Shown: positions 17,501-26,374, counted from the first letter of the stretch. The stretch: DNA of 32,000 nt from Acaryochloris marina S15 (GCF_018336915.1 NZ_CP064923.1:3570001-3602000), one strand, 5' to 3'. Notes: a model not told the origin generated them from the sequence alone. Numbers and translations are program-made.

Positions 17501-18094
17501 ATGGGAAAACGAATAAAAAGAATGCTGGGTATGACAATTCTGCTAACCATGTTGAGTGTTTCATACCCAACTAAACTGATGGCGTTGCCAGAAGATCTAG
17601 CTAAGGAGTCAGTGGTCTTAAGCAATATTCTGAGTGATGGGTATGCAAAGTTCTATCCTGAGCAATCTCAAGTTGTTGAAATACCGAGCTATCCATCTTT
17701 AGGATTCAAGTCAGGTGTTGCTGTATTGATGAGTATGGGGGGTTGGGCTGGGGGCAATACCAATAGCCAACATATTGCTGTCTATGCTGTCAATGAAGAT
17801 CTGAAGTTAGGCAAAGCGCCCAAGAAGTATCGCCTAATTTCATTCAAGAAAGTCAGCGGTAAAGGGGATCGTCTTTTTACAACCTTGAGTTATGAAAATC
17901 AGGCTCTAGTACTATCTGGTTTTGGCTATGGAGAGCTGGATGGCTTGTGCTGTCCCAGTCTACCCATCAACTTAATGCTTACCATTGGTGATCGTGGTGA
18001 TCTGAAAGAATCTATAAATTCCACCACGCAGAAAATTTCAATATCCAAACGAACTATAGGCTTAGCATGTAGTAACGCCAAAAAATCTGCATAG
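17501..18094 (+). CDS. Hypothetical secreted protein (orphan)
   Basis: 197 aa. Signal-peptide-like N-terminus MGKRIKRMLGMTILLTMLSVSYPTKLMALP. No motif I recognise. AT-rich coding sequence: 22 of 60 G+C in 17501..17560 by hand count. Confidence 0.5.
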   Translation: MGKRIKRMLGMTILLTMLSVSYPTKLMALPEDLAKESVVLSNILSDGYAKFYPEQSQVVEIPSYPSLGFKSGVAVLMSMGGWAGGNTNSQHIAVYAVNEDLKLGKAPKKYRLISFKKVSGKGDRLFTTLSYENQALVLSGFGYGELDGLCCPSLPINLMLTIGDRGDLKESINSTTQKISISKRTIGLACSNAKKSA

Positions 18095-18186
18095 GCAAAA
18101 AGTGCTCATCCATTATCTGGAATAATTGGTCGACAGAAAGAGGACCAAGATAAAACCGTTATCAACGTAAATCGGGTTTCAGTTCT

Positions 18187-18447
18187 ATGACAAAAACGTT
18201 CGTTGTGTTCTTGATCGTGTCAGTGGCTTTCATTATCAAGTCCGTGGTCATTTGCAAATATACGGAACGAGTGGTCATTTTTCGGGGAAGCAAACCTCAC
18301 CGTGCCGATGGCCCTGGCCTTATTCTTGTTATCCCTATTTTAGAGCGAGTCGTAAGGGTTAACATATCCAGTTTTTCGGATCAGCTCAGCAAGGTCTCTC
18401 ATGAAGAATTACTCAAAAGATTAGTGGAAGAAATAAAGTATCAGTGA
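18187..18447 (+). pseudogene. Truncated SPFH/band-7 (stomatin-like) gene remnant
   Basis: 86 aa. A TM anchor followed by YTERVVIFRGSKPHRADGPGLILVIPILERVVRVN, which matches the first ~40 residues of the stomatin/SPFH domain (YERxVIFRLG...GPGLxxxxPxxD/E). It then ends about 170-230 aa short of a normal SPFH protein. Confidence 0.45.
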
Positions 18448-18468
18448 ATCTCTTCAATAACCTTAGCT

Positions 18469-18478
18469 CAGAGGATTA
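18469..18478 (+). repeat. Right copy of the 10-nt direct repeat CAGAGGATTA
   Basis: See 17213..17222. Confidence 0.4.
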
Positions 18479-18544
18479 ATAGGGCTTATCCACTACGCTA
18501 GCGAGAGAATAGAATGAAAGTGCAATGGGAAGGAAGTCCTTGTG

Positions 18545-19159
18545 ATGGTCTTGGCTCGAATAGTGACGATGATCGGCATCCTACTGAGTGTGGTTGCAGT
18601 CCTGATCCAAAATCAAAGTCCAACATTGACTTTAGTGTTTTTGGGAATGCGATCGCAACCCTTACCTTTAGGACTTTGGATTGCTGGAGCGGTTGTGATT
18701 GGTGCACTCCTCAGCTTAGGTTTATTTGCCATTCTCTCAGCTACCCCTGTCCCCTCTCGCAAGACTAAACGTCGTTCGTCTACTCAATGGTCTCCCTTTA
18801 AGCGTCCTGCCCAACCTAGGGTGGAACGGGAAAGTCGCTCCTCCGGGTATTCAGATTGGGATGAACCTGTGGCTACGGAGTGGAATGCTCAACCAGCTGA
18901 ATCCTTCTTTGACGATGAGCCAGAGTACTATGACGATCCGGTCGACTATCCCGAAGAGGATGACTATGATGATCCAACGCCCCCTTGGGAAAAACGGGAC
19001 TCGGCCTATTCCTATAGCTATCGCGATCCTGAATTTGCCCAGCAAAGCAGTCAGCGAGAATCGGTCTTTGATGCAGAATATCGCGTAATCAAACCACCCC
19101 AAGGGCCTGAAACCGATGATAATTGGGATGAATTTGATGATTCATTTCGAGAAGACTAG
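18545..19159 (+). CDS. LapA-domain (DUF1049-like) two-TM membrane protein with a long acidic, low-complexity C-terminal tail
   Basis: N-terminus IVTMIGILLSVVAVLIQNQSPTLTLVFLG...PLPLGLWIAGAVVIGALLSLGLFAIL resembles the LapA/YciS membrane hairpin. The tail is rich in D/E/Y/P (DDEPEYYDDPVDYPEEDDYDDPTPPWE). GTG 18542 or ATG 18545. Confidence 0.6.
   Translation: MVLARIVTMIGILLSVVAVLIQNQSPTLTLVFLGMRSQPLPLGLWIAGAVVIGALLSLGLFAILSATPVPSRKTKRRSSTQWSPFKRPAQPRVERESRSSGYSDWDEPVATEWNAQPAESFFDDEPEYYDDPVDYPEEDDYDDPTPPWEKRDSAYSYSYRDPEFAQQSSQRESVFDAEYRVIKPPQGPETDDNWDEFDDSFRED
18649..18656. repeat. HIP1 octamer GCGATCGC
   Basis: Exact match read from the sequence. Confidence 0.95.
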
Positions 19160-19867
19160 ATGTCCGACCTGTCGCGGGTGATACCAGAAAATTTGCCCCA
19201 TGTTCTGCTGGTGCTTGATCAGCCCGAGTTAGCTCAGCGCTTGCGTGAAGCGTTTCTTTCCCAGGGATATAACGTCACTGTGGTTCGGGATACAGAAGAT
19301 GCGATCGCACAATGCAAAACCCAACCTCCGGCGCTGGCCATGATTGACCAGCAGATTTCGGAACAATCGGGAGGCCAGCTCTGTCGTCAGTTGAGAGCTG
19401 AAGGCATCAGAATTCCCCTATTACTCCTAATGGATAAAGATACCCTTGATGACCGAATTGCCTGCTTAGAAGCCGGTGCAGATGATTATGTCCTGAGCCC
19501 TTATTCAGGAGAAGTGCTGCTGCAGCGGGTGCGACAGTATCTTAAATCAGACTCTGTCTTGCCAACGACCCTCCTCAGTTTCCAAGATCTACAGCTCGAT
19601 TTAGCCACCCGCAGGGCTCAACGAAGAAGCAGGACCATAGAACTGACCATGAAAGAATTTGAGCTCTTGAGATATCTAATGGAACATCCCCGGGAAATAT
19701 TAACCCGTGAGCAAATTTTGGAAAATGTGTGGGGATTCGATTTTCGGGGAGAGTCGAATGTGATCGAAGTCTACATCCGCTATTTGCGGCTCAAGGTGCA
19801 AGTCGTCCCTGAAAAGCGTCTCATTCATACTGTTCGTGGAGTTGGATATGTCCTCCGAGAAGCCTAA
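19160..19867 (+). CDS. OmpR/PhoB-family response regulator with an atypical receiver (NblR-like; probably phosphorylation-independent)
   Basis: C-terminal winged helix LTMKEFELLRYLMEHPREILTREQILENVWG...TVRGVGYVL. The receiver keeps the phospho-acceptor-position Asp (ALAMIDQQ), but DD->LDQ, the Thr/Ser position reads LLLLMDK, and the conserved Lys is Ser (GADDYVLSPY). Confidence 0.85.
   Translation: MSDLSRVIPENLPHVLLVLDQPELAQRLREAFLSQGYNVTVVRDTEDAIAQCKTQPPALAMIDQQISEQSGGQLCRQLRAEGIRIPLLLLMDKDTLDDRIACLEAGADDYVLSPYSGEVLLQRVRQYLKSDSVLPTTLLSFQDLQLDLATRRAQRRSRTIELTMKEFELLRYLMEHPREILTREQILENVWGFDFRGESNVIEVYIRYLRLKVQVVPEKRLIHTVRGVGYVLREA
19301..19308. repeat. HIP1 octamer GCGATCGC
   Basis: Exact match read from the sequence. 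Confidence 0.95.
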
Positions 19868-20393
19868 TCAACATCGAATGTTACCCCTATTTGGTTTAAT
19901 TGCTGGGGTGCTGATGCTGGGATGTCAGCCCCTGAATCAAGCTACGAAGGCAACGACTCCCCAGCCAGCCCCCTCCGTAGCTGTAGCCAGCCCCCCTGGA
20001 CAACAATTACCCATTACCGCTCAAGCCCTGATCAAAGACTCTATGGTGGAACTGGAAGTTGCCCAAACTCGCCAACAGCAAGCGACGGGACTCATGAGTC
20101 GAGAGAGTCTGGCAGATAATCGTGGCATGTTATTTCCGTTTAGCCCCCCTCAATCCGTCAGCTTTTGGATGAAAAATGTCCTCATTGATTTGGATATGGT
20201 TTTTTTGCGGCAAGGAAAGGTCATCGCAATTCAGCATAGTGCTCCACCCTGCCAATCCTTCCCATGTCCTACCTATGGGCCTAAGGGTGAAATTATTGAT
20301 CAAGTGATTGAGCTTCGGGGGGGGAGAGCGGCTGAATTAGGGATTCAGGCGGGGGATCTCATCACGATTCAGACCGTTTCCTCTGAATCGTGA
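19848..20393 (+). CDS. DUF192 domain protein, probable lipoprotein
   Basis: RGMLFPF...SFWMKNVLIDLDMVFL...VIELRGGRAAELGIQAGD matches the DUF192 pattern. Signal MSSEKPNQHRMLPLFGLIAGVLMLGC with a lipobox-like LGC. The start could be ATG 19848 (20-nt overlap with the regulator gene) or ATG 19878. Confidence 0.7.
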   Translation: MSSEKPNQHRMLPLFGLIAGVLMLGCQPLNQATKATTPQPAPSVAVASPPGQQLPITAQALIKDSMVELEVAQTRQQQATGLMSRESLADNRGMLFPFSPPQSVSFWMKNVLIDLDMVFLRQGKVIAIQHSAPPCQSFPCPTYGPKGEIIDQVIELRGGRAAELGIQAGDLITIQTVSSES

Positions 20394-20567
20394 AACTGAT
20401 GCAAAATAGCCCCAAAATTTGATGATGGTAGCTTGAAGGTTGGCAAGCATGCTCGTCAGGATGATACAAGTATTGAGACTGATTTAACTTTTTCTCATAC
20501 CTATTTATTATTCATCCCTGTTTTTTAGGTATAAAGTCATCCTTTATTGCTAACCTGTGAATCTTTT

Positions 20568-21530
20568 ATGACATCTCCTATTTCCTCTGTTCATGATCTG
20601 TCTGAACAGCTATCCTCTCCGATTGAGCATCGATTCCAGGCTGCAATTCATGCTGGAGAGTTTTTAGTGACCGCAGAGGTAATGCCTCCAAAAGGTGGTT
20701 CCATCCAGCACATGCTGGACCAGGCTCTCCAACTCAAAGATTGGGTCCATGCAGTCAATATTACAGACGGCAGTAGAGCAGTATTAAGAATGAGTTCTTT
20801 AGCTGTTGCCGCTATCTTGCGCCAACAGGGACTTGAACCTATTTGTCAGATGGCTTGCCGCGATCGCAACCGTATTGCCCTCCAAGCCGATCTCATGGGA
20901 GCCCATGCTTTGGGCATTCACAACATCTTGGCTCTCACTGGAGATCCCATCAAGGCAGGAGATTTCCCCAAAGCAAAAAGCGTGTTCGATCTAGAGTCCG
21001 TCCGCTTGCTGAACATCATTCGCCATCTTAACAATGGCCTAGATGGGAATGAGAAGCCACTCCCCGATGGCCCAACCCAGCTCTTAGTGGGTGCAGCGGT
21101 TGATCCTCAATTGGCGAGTTGGTCAGGACTACAAAGCCGGTTTGAGAGAAAAGTGATGGCGGGAGCCGAATTTTTCCAAAGTCAATTGATCGTTGACTTC
21201 GATCGCCTCGAAAAATTTATGACAGAGATCGCTGCCCCTGCGAAAAAACCAATCTTGGCGGGTATTTTTCTACTCAAATCTGCAAAGAACGCTCAATTTA
21301 TCAATCGCTGTGTTCCAGGCGTTAATATTCCCGAGTCCATCATTAATCGTCTGGACAAAGCCACCGATCCGCTGCAAGAAGGGATTGCGATTGCTGCTGA
21401 GCAAGTCCAACAGGCCCGTCAACTCTGCCAAGGGGTCCATATGATGGCGATTCGTCGAGAAGATCTGATTCCCCAAATTTTGGCTCAAGCAGGCGTTACA
21501 CCCGTGAGGCAAGCTCAAATTACCCCATAA
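20568..21530 (+). CDS. metF: Methylenetetrahydrofolate reductase
   Basis: FLVTAEVMPPKGG, VNITDGSRA, ILALTGDP and FFQSQLIVD are MTHFR family blocks. The track start 20547 is TTG; ATG 20568 is preferred. Confidence 0.85.
   Translation: MTSPISSVHDLSEQLSSPIEHRFQAAIHAGEFLVTAEVMPPKGGSIQHMLDQALQLKDWVHAVNITDGSRAVLRMSSLAVAAILRQQGLEPICQMACRDRNRIALQADLMGAHALGIHNILALTGDPIKAGDFPKAKSVFDLESVRLLNIIRHLNNGLDGNEKPLPDGPTQLLVGAAVDPQLASWSGLQSRFERKVMAGAEFFQSQLIVDFDRLEKFMTEIAAPAKKPILAGIFLLKSAKNAQFINRCVPGVNIPESIINRLDKATDPLQEGIAIAAEQVQQARQLCQGVHMMAIRREDLIPQILAQAGVTPVRQAQITP
20860..20867. repeat. HIP1 octamer GCGATCGC
   Basis: Exact match read from the sequence. Confidence 0.95.
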
Positions 21531-21627
21531 ATTTTGGTCAGGTAGATCTCCAATTGACGTCAATAGCACTCGCTTTAACGTTTTTCCCTGTTGGTTACAA
21601 TGGCATTACTCTGAGCTAGCATTCTGT

Positions 21628-22251
21628 ATGAGTTCTCAACTAGCCATCGAACAAACGATTTCAAGCTTTCAAGCATTGCACGAACGCTTGAATCTATGCC
21701 GGACCTCAGAGGCATCGTTTTTTCCTGAGTGGCTAACGCCAACAATTGAGCTAGTTGAGAACGATAAAGCTTTTTTGGACCATTTAAGACAGCGTTATTA
21801 CAACTATTACAATGCAGGGCTATTAACAGAAGGCACTGTACTGTTATCGATTGTTGCCCCACTACTAGAACGCTTAGGCTTTCATGAGCCACCTTTTTTT
21901 GTCCAGTCTGAAATTCCCATCAGTTTAGAGGTAACTGAAAGAAACGAAATTTACCGAGGGCGAATGGATGTCTTGGTGATTCGAGAGAGTTTGTGGGTAT
22001 TAACGGTAGAAGCTAAACGGTCGAAATTTGCGGCGGATCTGGCCTTGCCTCAGTGTTTAGCGTATATGAGCGCTGCGCCACAGCAACCTAGCTTTGGCAT
22101 GGTGACGAACGGCAGTGATTTTATCTTTTGTAAGGTGGCAGATGGCATGTATGACTTTTCTGACCCATTATCCCTATTGTCTCGCCAGAATAGACTTTAC
22201 GAAGTTGCGATGATCTTAACCGGCTTAAAAGAGGGTAGATTTTCAAGCTGA
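21628..22251 (+). CDS. Stand-alone PD-(D/E)xK nuclease-fold protein (type I restriction enzyme R-subunit N-terminal-domain-like)
   Basis: 207 aa. GRMDVLVIRESLWVLTVEAKRSKF gives the D...E-x-K arrangement, followed by Q..AY and GMVTNGSDFIFCK, as in HsdR_N-type domains. Confidence 0.55.
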   Translation: MSSQLAIEQTISSFQALHERLNLCRTSEASFFPEWLTPTIELVENDKAFLDHLRQRYYNYYNAGLLTEGTVLLSIVAPLLERLGFHEPPFFVQSEIPISLEVTERNEIYRGRMDVLVIRESLWVLTVEAKRSKFAADLALPQCLAYMSAAPQQPSFGMVTNGSDFIFCKVADGMYDFSDPLSLLSRQNRLYEVAMILTGLKEGRFSS

Positions 22252-22427
22252 AGATGATAAACAATCACTGCCCGTTATCTTCCCAATCGTCTTATACTCC
22301 GAACGAGTTAAAGATTTACTTTTAGAATAAACCTAAAAGCCTTGCTTAGAATGGGGTTTGGGTCAATTAAGGATGTTAAATCCTTAGGCATCGGCAGTAT
22401 AGAATGATGTTCACTTCCTTACAGGTC

Positions 22428-25367
22428 TTAAGAAGGAGGAGGGGCTAATTCTTCCGTATCAACTGGGCGAACAATGGCTTCAGTCTCCTGTCCATCAGTC
22501 TGAAAGATGCCTGCCAGTCCTTGATCGAGGGTTTTGGCCATCACAATTTTGTTCTCATAGACAACGATCACCCTCGCTAGAATCGGTACGCTATTCTCTT
22601 CTGCTTCTAGATATAACGGTTCCACATAGAGCAGCGAGTCCTCAATGGGAATGATCAATAGGTTGCCTTGAATGACCCGCGACCCCTGGCGGTTCCACAG
22701 AGAAATTCGTTGGGAAATGACTGGATCTTGGTTGATCAAAGCCTCAATTTGTTCAGGGCCAAAAATTAGCTCTCGTTTGGGAAACTGGTACAGCAGCCGC
22801 TTGCCGTAGTTTTCGCCATCGGAGCGAGCAGCGAGCCAGGCAATTAGATTATTACGGCGAACCGGGGTAAAGGGATAGAGCAGAATAAATTCTTCGGTAT
22901 CGGCTTCCGGCAGCTTCATCGTCAGGTAATAAGGCTGGACGAGCTGGCTTTTCTCACCATAAATCTCATTGGGCACTCGCCATTGATCTTCCCGGTTATA
23001 GAACACCTGAGGGTCGGTCATATGGTAGGTGAGGAGGCTTTGAGATTGGGCTCGGAACAGATCCGTGGGGTAGCGAGTATGGCTGCGCAGACTGGGGGGC
23101 ATTGCCGCCAAGGGCTGAAACATCTGGGGGAAAATTCCCCGCCAGGTTTTCAGGATTGGATCGTTGAGATCGACACTATAAAAGGTCACCGAGCCATTGT
23201 AAGCATCCACCACCACCTTGACGGAATTGCGGATGTAATTAAAACTTTCTTGGCCTGGATCGGAATAGGGGTAATGATTGCTAACGGTGTAGGCATCAAT
23301 CACCCAAAATAAAGTGCCGGGAACCGCTGGTTTATTGGTGCGGTTGAAGGCTTCTACATCAACATTAGCCGTCACTAAATAGGGATTACTGTCAAATCGG
23401 AGAAAAGGAGCCAGCTCTTCCACGCGCTCTTTAATCTGGCGGCGATACAAAACTTCCGTTTGAGGAGTGAAGTTTTGGGTAAACAGCATTTGCCAATCCC
23501 GCAGGTAGAGGGAAAACATCCCCCGTCGCCACCAAGAGCCAATGGCAACACCACCAGTGCCGTCATAGGTGTTGTAGCGATTGTCATTGCCGCTGGGATA
23601 GTCTAGTTCCTGCACCTTTGTGCGGGTCATGACATAGGTGTTAGACAGTTCCCCAAAGTAGATCCGGGGCAGATTGATGGGAATGCTGGCGGCAATATCC
23701 GAGGTTGCTGTTTGCAAGGTTCCCTCGTTATTTCCAGCCCCAATATCTTTGACAAAGTAAGTGGGCAGACCACTGGTCTCAGCAGTATTGACAGGACTGA
23801 GGGTAAAGCCGTAACCGTGGGTATAGATCAGACGCTGGTTAATCCAGGTCTGGGCTTCTGGGGGGACATTGCCATAATCCAGCTCACGAGCTGCCACCAG
23901 CACCTGTCGCTTTTCCGTACTCGATTGGGGCGTGGTGCTTTCTTCCTCTGAGTTGGCAGGTTGAGACGTTTTAAGGGTGTAGCGATCCACATCCGCGCTG
24001 GGAAACTCATAGTAGAGACGAATCCGCTGGAGTTGGCGGTTGGCCTCTAATAGCGGACGGGTATCCCAAAGACGAATATTGCGTAACGTAAAATCATTGG
24101 CCTTCAGCTTGGCAGGGGTTAAGTCGGCTTTGGGCTGAAAAGTTTTGGTTTCAATATTGTCGAGATCAAAGGCAGCTCTCGTCAATTGAATACTTTTTTC
24201 GATATAGGATTCTTCTCGGGCCAGCTCGTTGGGTTGAACCACCAGGGCCTGCACACCTCGGGGCAAAATCAATCCCGCCACTACGGCAATACCAATGTAA
24301 AAACTGAGGATCCAGGATAATTTCACCGGACGTCGAGCAGGACGAGGAAACACCGCTCGTCCAAAAAAGACCACAGCAATGGTGGCCGCACCAAAACAGA
24401 GCAGTGTTTTAGTCGGCAAATCCACCGTAACGTCGGTATAGCCAGCCCCATAGAGAATCCCCTGGGTGGAATAGAGCAGGGAATAGCGGTCTAGCCAAAA
24501 CCCCCAGGCCAGGGTTAAGGCAAGGGTTCCCCCTAGTCCATACAGATGCCGCTTCTGGGGCAAGGTAAACCCTGGGAAACGGCCTTGACTTACACTGTCC
24601 CCGGCCAAGAGATAGATTAAGGCCGCACTGACAAATCCGGTGAGGGTCACTCCCATTAGCCAAAAGCGCAGCAGTTCCCACAGGGGCAGGACAAATACGT
24701 AAAAGCCAATGTCATGTCCAAACAGCGGATCGGTGTTTTTAAAGGGAGTGGCGTGAATAAAGGCCAGAATCGTTGTCCAGTGGTTGGAGGCAACTAACCC
24801 GAGCCCAAGACTGAGACAAAGTGCGATCGCACCCAGTACAAACCCAGGATGCCAAAGCAAAAATGCTGTAAATCCAGTCACTAACAGCAGTTGCCAGGGC
24901 ATCTGTAGCCAATGTTTGAGCACATTGGCCGTGGCAGAAAATGTAAACTGCTGCAAAATCTGGGAGCTGGATGTTGCAATTTCTGTAGGGGGATACCAGA
25001 AATGGATAATCACCTGACCAATATGGGTCAGCAGACTGGCTAGTAACAGACTCAACCCCACCAACGCCAACAGTAATTGCGTCAGATTGAGAGCACCGGG
25101 TTCAGTCTTGTCAATATCAACGGGGTGGTGGTAGCGCCAGCGACGGGCCAGGACTAAGTTGCCGACCAGATACCCTCCCGTACTGGCAAGCGCTAGAACC
25201 CATAGCCCGATTCTGACCACTAGTTGAGTTTGAAAGACGGATAAATAGCCTAGATTTTGGAACCAGGCAAACTCAGCAATAAAATGAGCCAGTAGATCTA
25301 GACCAAATACCACTCCCAATACGAGGAGCAGGGACTTAACTAACCAACCAACAACCTTAGAGGACAT
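22428..25367 (-). CDS. UPF0182-family large integral membrane protein
   Basis: About 979 aa. Multi-TM N-terminal third with DPLFGHDIGFYVFVLPLWE, and a large soluble C-terminal part with YTHGYGF and LIIPIEDSLLYVEPLYL. The track start 25400 is TTG; ATG 25367 is preferred. Confidence 0.8.
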   Translation of the reverse strand: MSSKVVGWLVKSLLLVLGVVFGLDLLAHFIAEFAWFQNLGYLSVFQTQLVVRIGLWVLALASTGGYLVGNLVLARRWRYHHPVDIDKTEPGALNLTQLLLALVGLSLLLASLLTHIGQVIIHFWYPPTEIATSSSQILQQFTFSATANVLKHWLQMPWQLLLVTGFTAFLLWHPGFVLGAIALCLSLGLGLVASNHWTTILAFIHATPFKNTDPLFGHDIGFYVFVLPLWELLRFWLMGVTLTGFVSAALIYLLAGDSVSQGRFPGFTLPQKRHLYGLGGTLALTLAWGFWLDRYSLLYSTQGILYGAGYTDVTVDLPTKTLLCFGAATIAVVFFGRAVFPRPARRPVKLSWILSFYIGIAVVAGLILPRGVQALVVQPNELAREESYIEKSIQLTRAAFDLDNIETKTFQPKADLTPAKLKANDFTLRNIRLWDTRPLLEANRQLQRIRLYYEFPSADVDRYTLKTSQPANSEEESTTPQSSTEKRQVLVAARELDYGNVPPEAQTWINQRLIYTHGYGFTLSPVNTAETSGLPTYFVKDIGAGNNEGTLQTATSDIAASIPINLPRIYFGELSNTYVMTRTKVQELDYPSGNDNRYNTYDGTGGVAIGSWWRRGMFSLYLRDWQMLFTQNFTPQTEVLYRRQIKERVEELAPFLRFDSNPYLVTANVDVEAFNRTNKPAVPGTLFWVIDAYTVSNHYPYSDPGQESFNYIRNSVKVVVDAYNGSVTFYSVDLNDPILKTWRGIFPQMFQPLAAMPPSLRSHTRYPTDLFRAQSQSLLTYHMTDPQVFYNREDQWRVPNEIYGEKSQLVQPYYLTMKLPEADTEEFILLYPFTPVRRNNLIAWLAARSDGENYGKRLLYQFPKRELIFGPEQIEALINQDPVISQRISLWNRQGSRVIQGNLLIIPIEDSLLYVEPLYLEAEENSVPILARVIVVYENKIVMAKTLDQGLAGIFQTDGQETEAIVRPVDTEELAPPPS
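24823..24830. repeat. HIP1 octamer GCGATCGC
   Basis: Exact match read from the sequence. Confidence 0.95.
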
Positions 25368-25530
25368 CACAAGGAACCGCTCTTGGCATGTAACTTTCAA
25401 ATCATAGAGGATCTGTTCTGGATCAACGCATTAGGAGAGAGACGTAACTTAACCCCATAGTTCGCAATATTGTGGGTGGGGGACAGGTGTTGTAGTGAGT
25501 ACTGGTCAATTGTTCACTAAATGGTGAGGC

Positions 25531-25552
25531 AAAAACAGGCATCGAATGCCCC
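25531..25552 (-). terminator. Possible intrinsic terminator after the S51 peptidase gene
   Basis: The minus strand reads GGCAU-UCG-AUGCC followed by UGUUUUUG, 9 nt after the stop codon. The stem is short (5-6 bp). Confidence 0.35.
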
Positions 25553-25560
25553 ATGGGCTC

Positions 25561-26268
25561 TTATCTTGCTAGATTTACTATCTCAATCCCATCGAACAGT
25601 TTGGAGGTCACACCTGTGGGAGTGGGAACGACGGAATAGGCAGTCGCGCCCTCTGTTCCTGAAATGATTCGGGTGAGTCGACCGTCGATAAAATGGGCTG
25701 CGGCACCATCATCAATAGCGATACCGGGGGGTAATGCTTCTATATCAATCAGATGTTCAAAGGTCTGCTGTCTGGCAATTTCTGACGAATAGTGGGGGCA
25801 ACAGCTCCCTGATAAAAAATTAAGACATTGTAGCGGGCCAAACCCATCGGCTTTGGCATCGGTTAAACAGGACTCAAACCAACAGTTTGCGCCTGCGCTG
25901 ATTCCTGATAAGACGGTTCCTTGAGCTGCGGCTGCCTTCAGTAAAGGGGCAATTTCCCAAGCCTGCCACACAGCCAACATACTAAACGTATTACCTCCAC
26001 CGACAAAAATGGCATCTTGAGCCATAATCCAATCACAAAGGTTGGGGGTTCGTCGAAAAAAGGTCAGATGAGACGGGGTGCAGTTGAGTTGGGAAAATCG
26101 AGAGTAGAACTTTAGTAGATACCTTTCTGCATCGCCACTGGCTGTGCCAATAAAACCGACTTTGGGAACATTAGCTGCACTCTGCCCTAACACATAGGCA
26201 TCGAGGCCAGGTTCCGACCCTTCAGAAAAGCCACCGCCACCGATTGCAATAATCTGTCCTTTTGTCAT
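25561..26268 (-). CDS. Peptidase S51 family (dipeptidase E / cyanophycinase-like) protein
   Basis: 235 aa. IFVGGGNTFSML and the nucleophile elbow LSGISAGANCW. Confidence 0.75.
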   Translation of the reverse strand: MTKGQIIAIGGGGFSEGSEPGLDAYVLGQSAANVPKVGFIGTASGDAERYLLKFYSRFSQLNCTPSHLTFFRRTPNLCDWIMAQDAIFVGGGNTFSMLAVWQAWEIAPLLKAAAAQGTVLSGISAGANCWFESCLTDAKADGFGPLQCLNFLSGSCCPHYSSEIARQQTFEHLIDIEALPPGIAIDDGAAAHFIDGRLTRIISGTEGATAYSVVPTPTGVTSKLFDGIEIVNLAR

Positions 26269-26374
26269 CTAGCCGTCCGTTGACAATCATCCGTAGCCTA
26301 TACCAATAGTTGTTTTCTATGATGTAATTTAATTCACTGAGTAGATCGCAAAAATATTAATTGCTTGAGAATTG

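Noticed and set aside
21590-21612. HLR1-like (RpaB box) direct repeat GTTACAAT-GG-CATTACTC upstream of the 21628 gene.
   Set aside because: Only the first 8-mer fits (G/T)TTACA(T/A)(T/A). The second copy has several mismatches or needs a shifted spacer.
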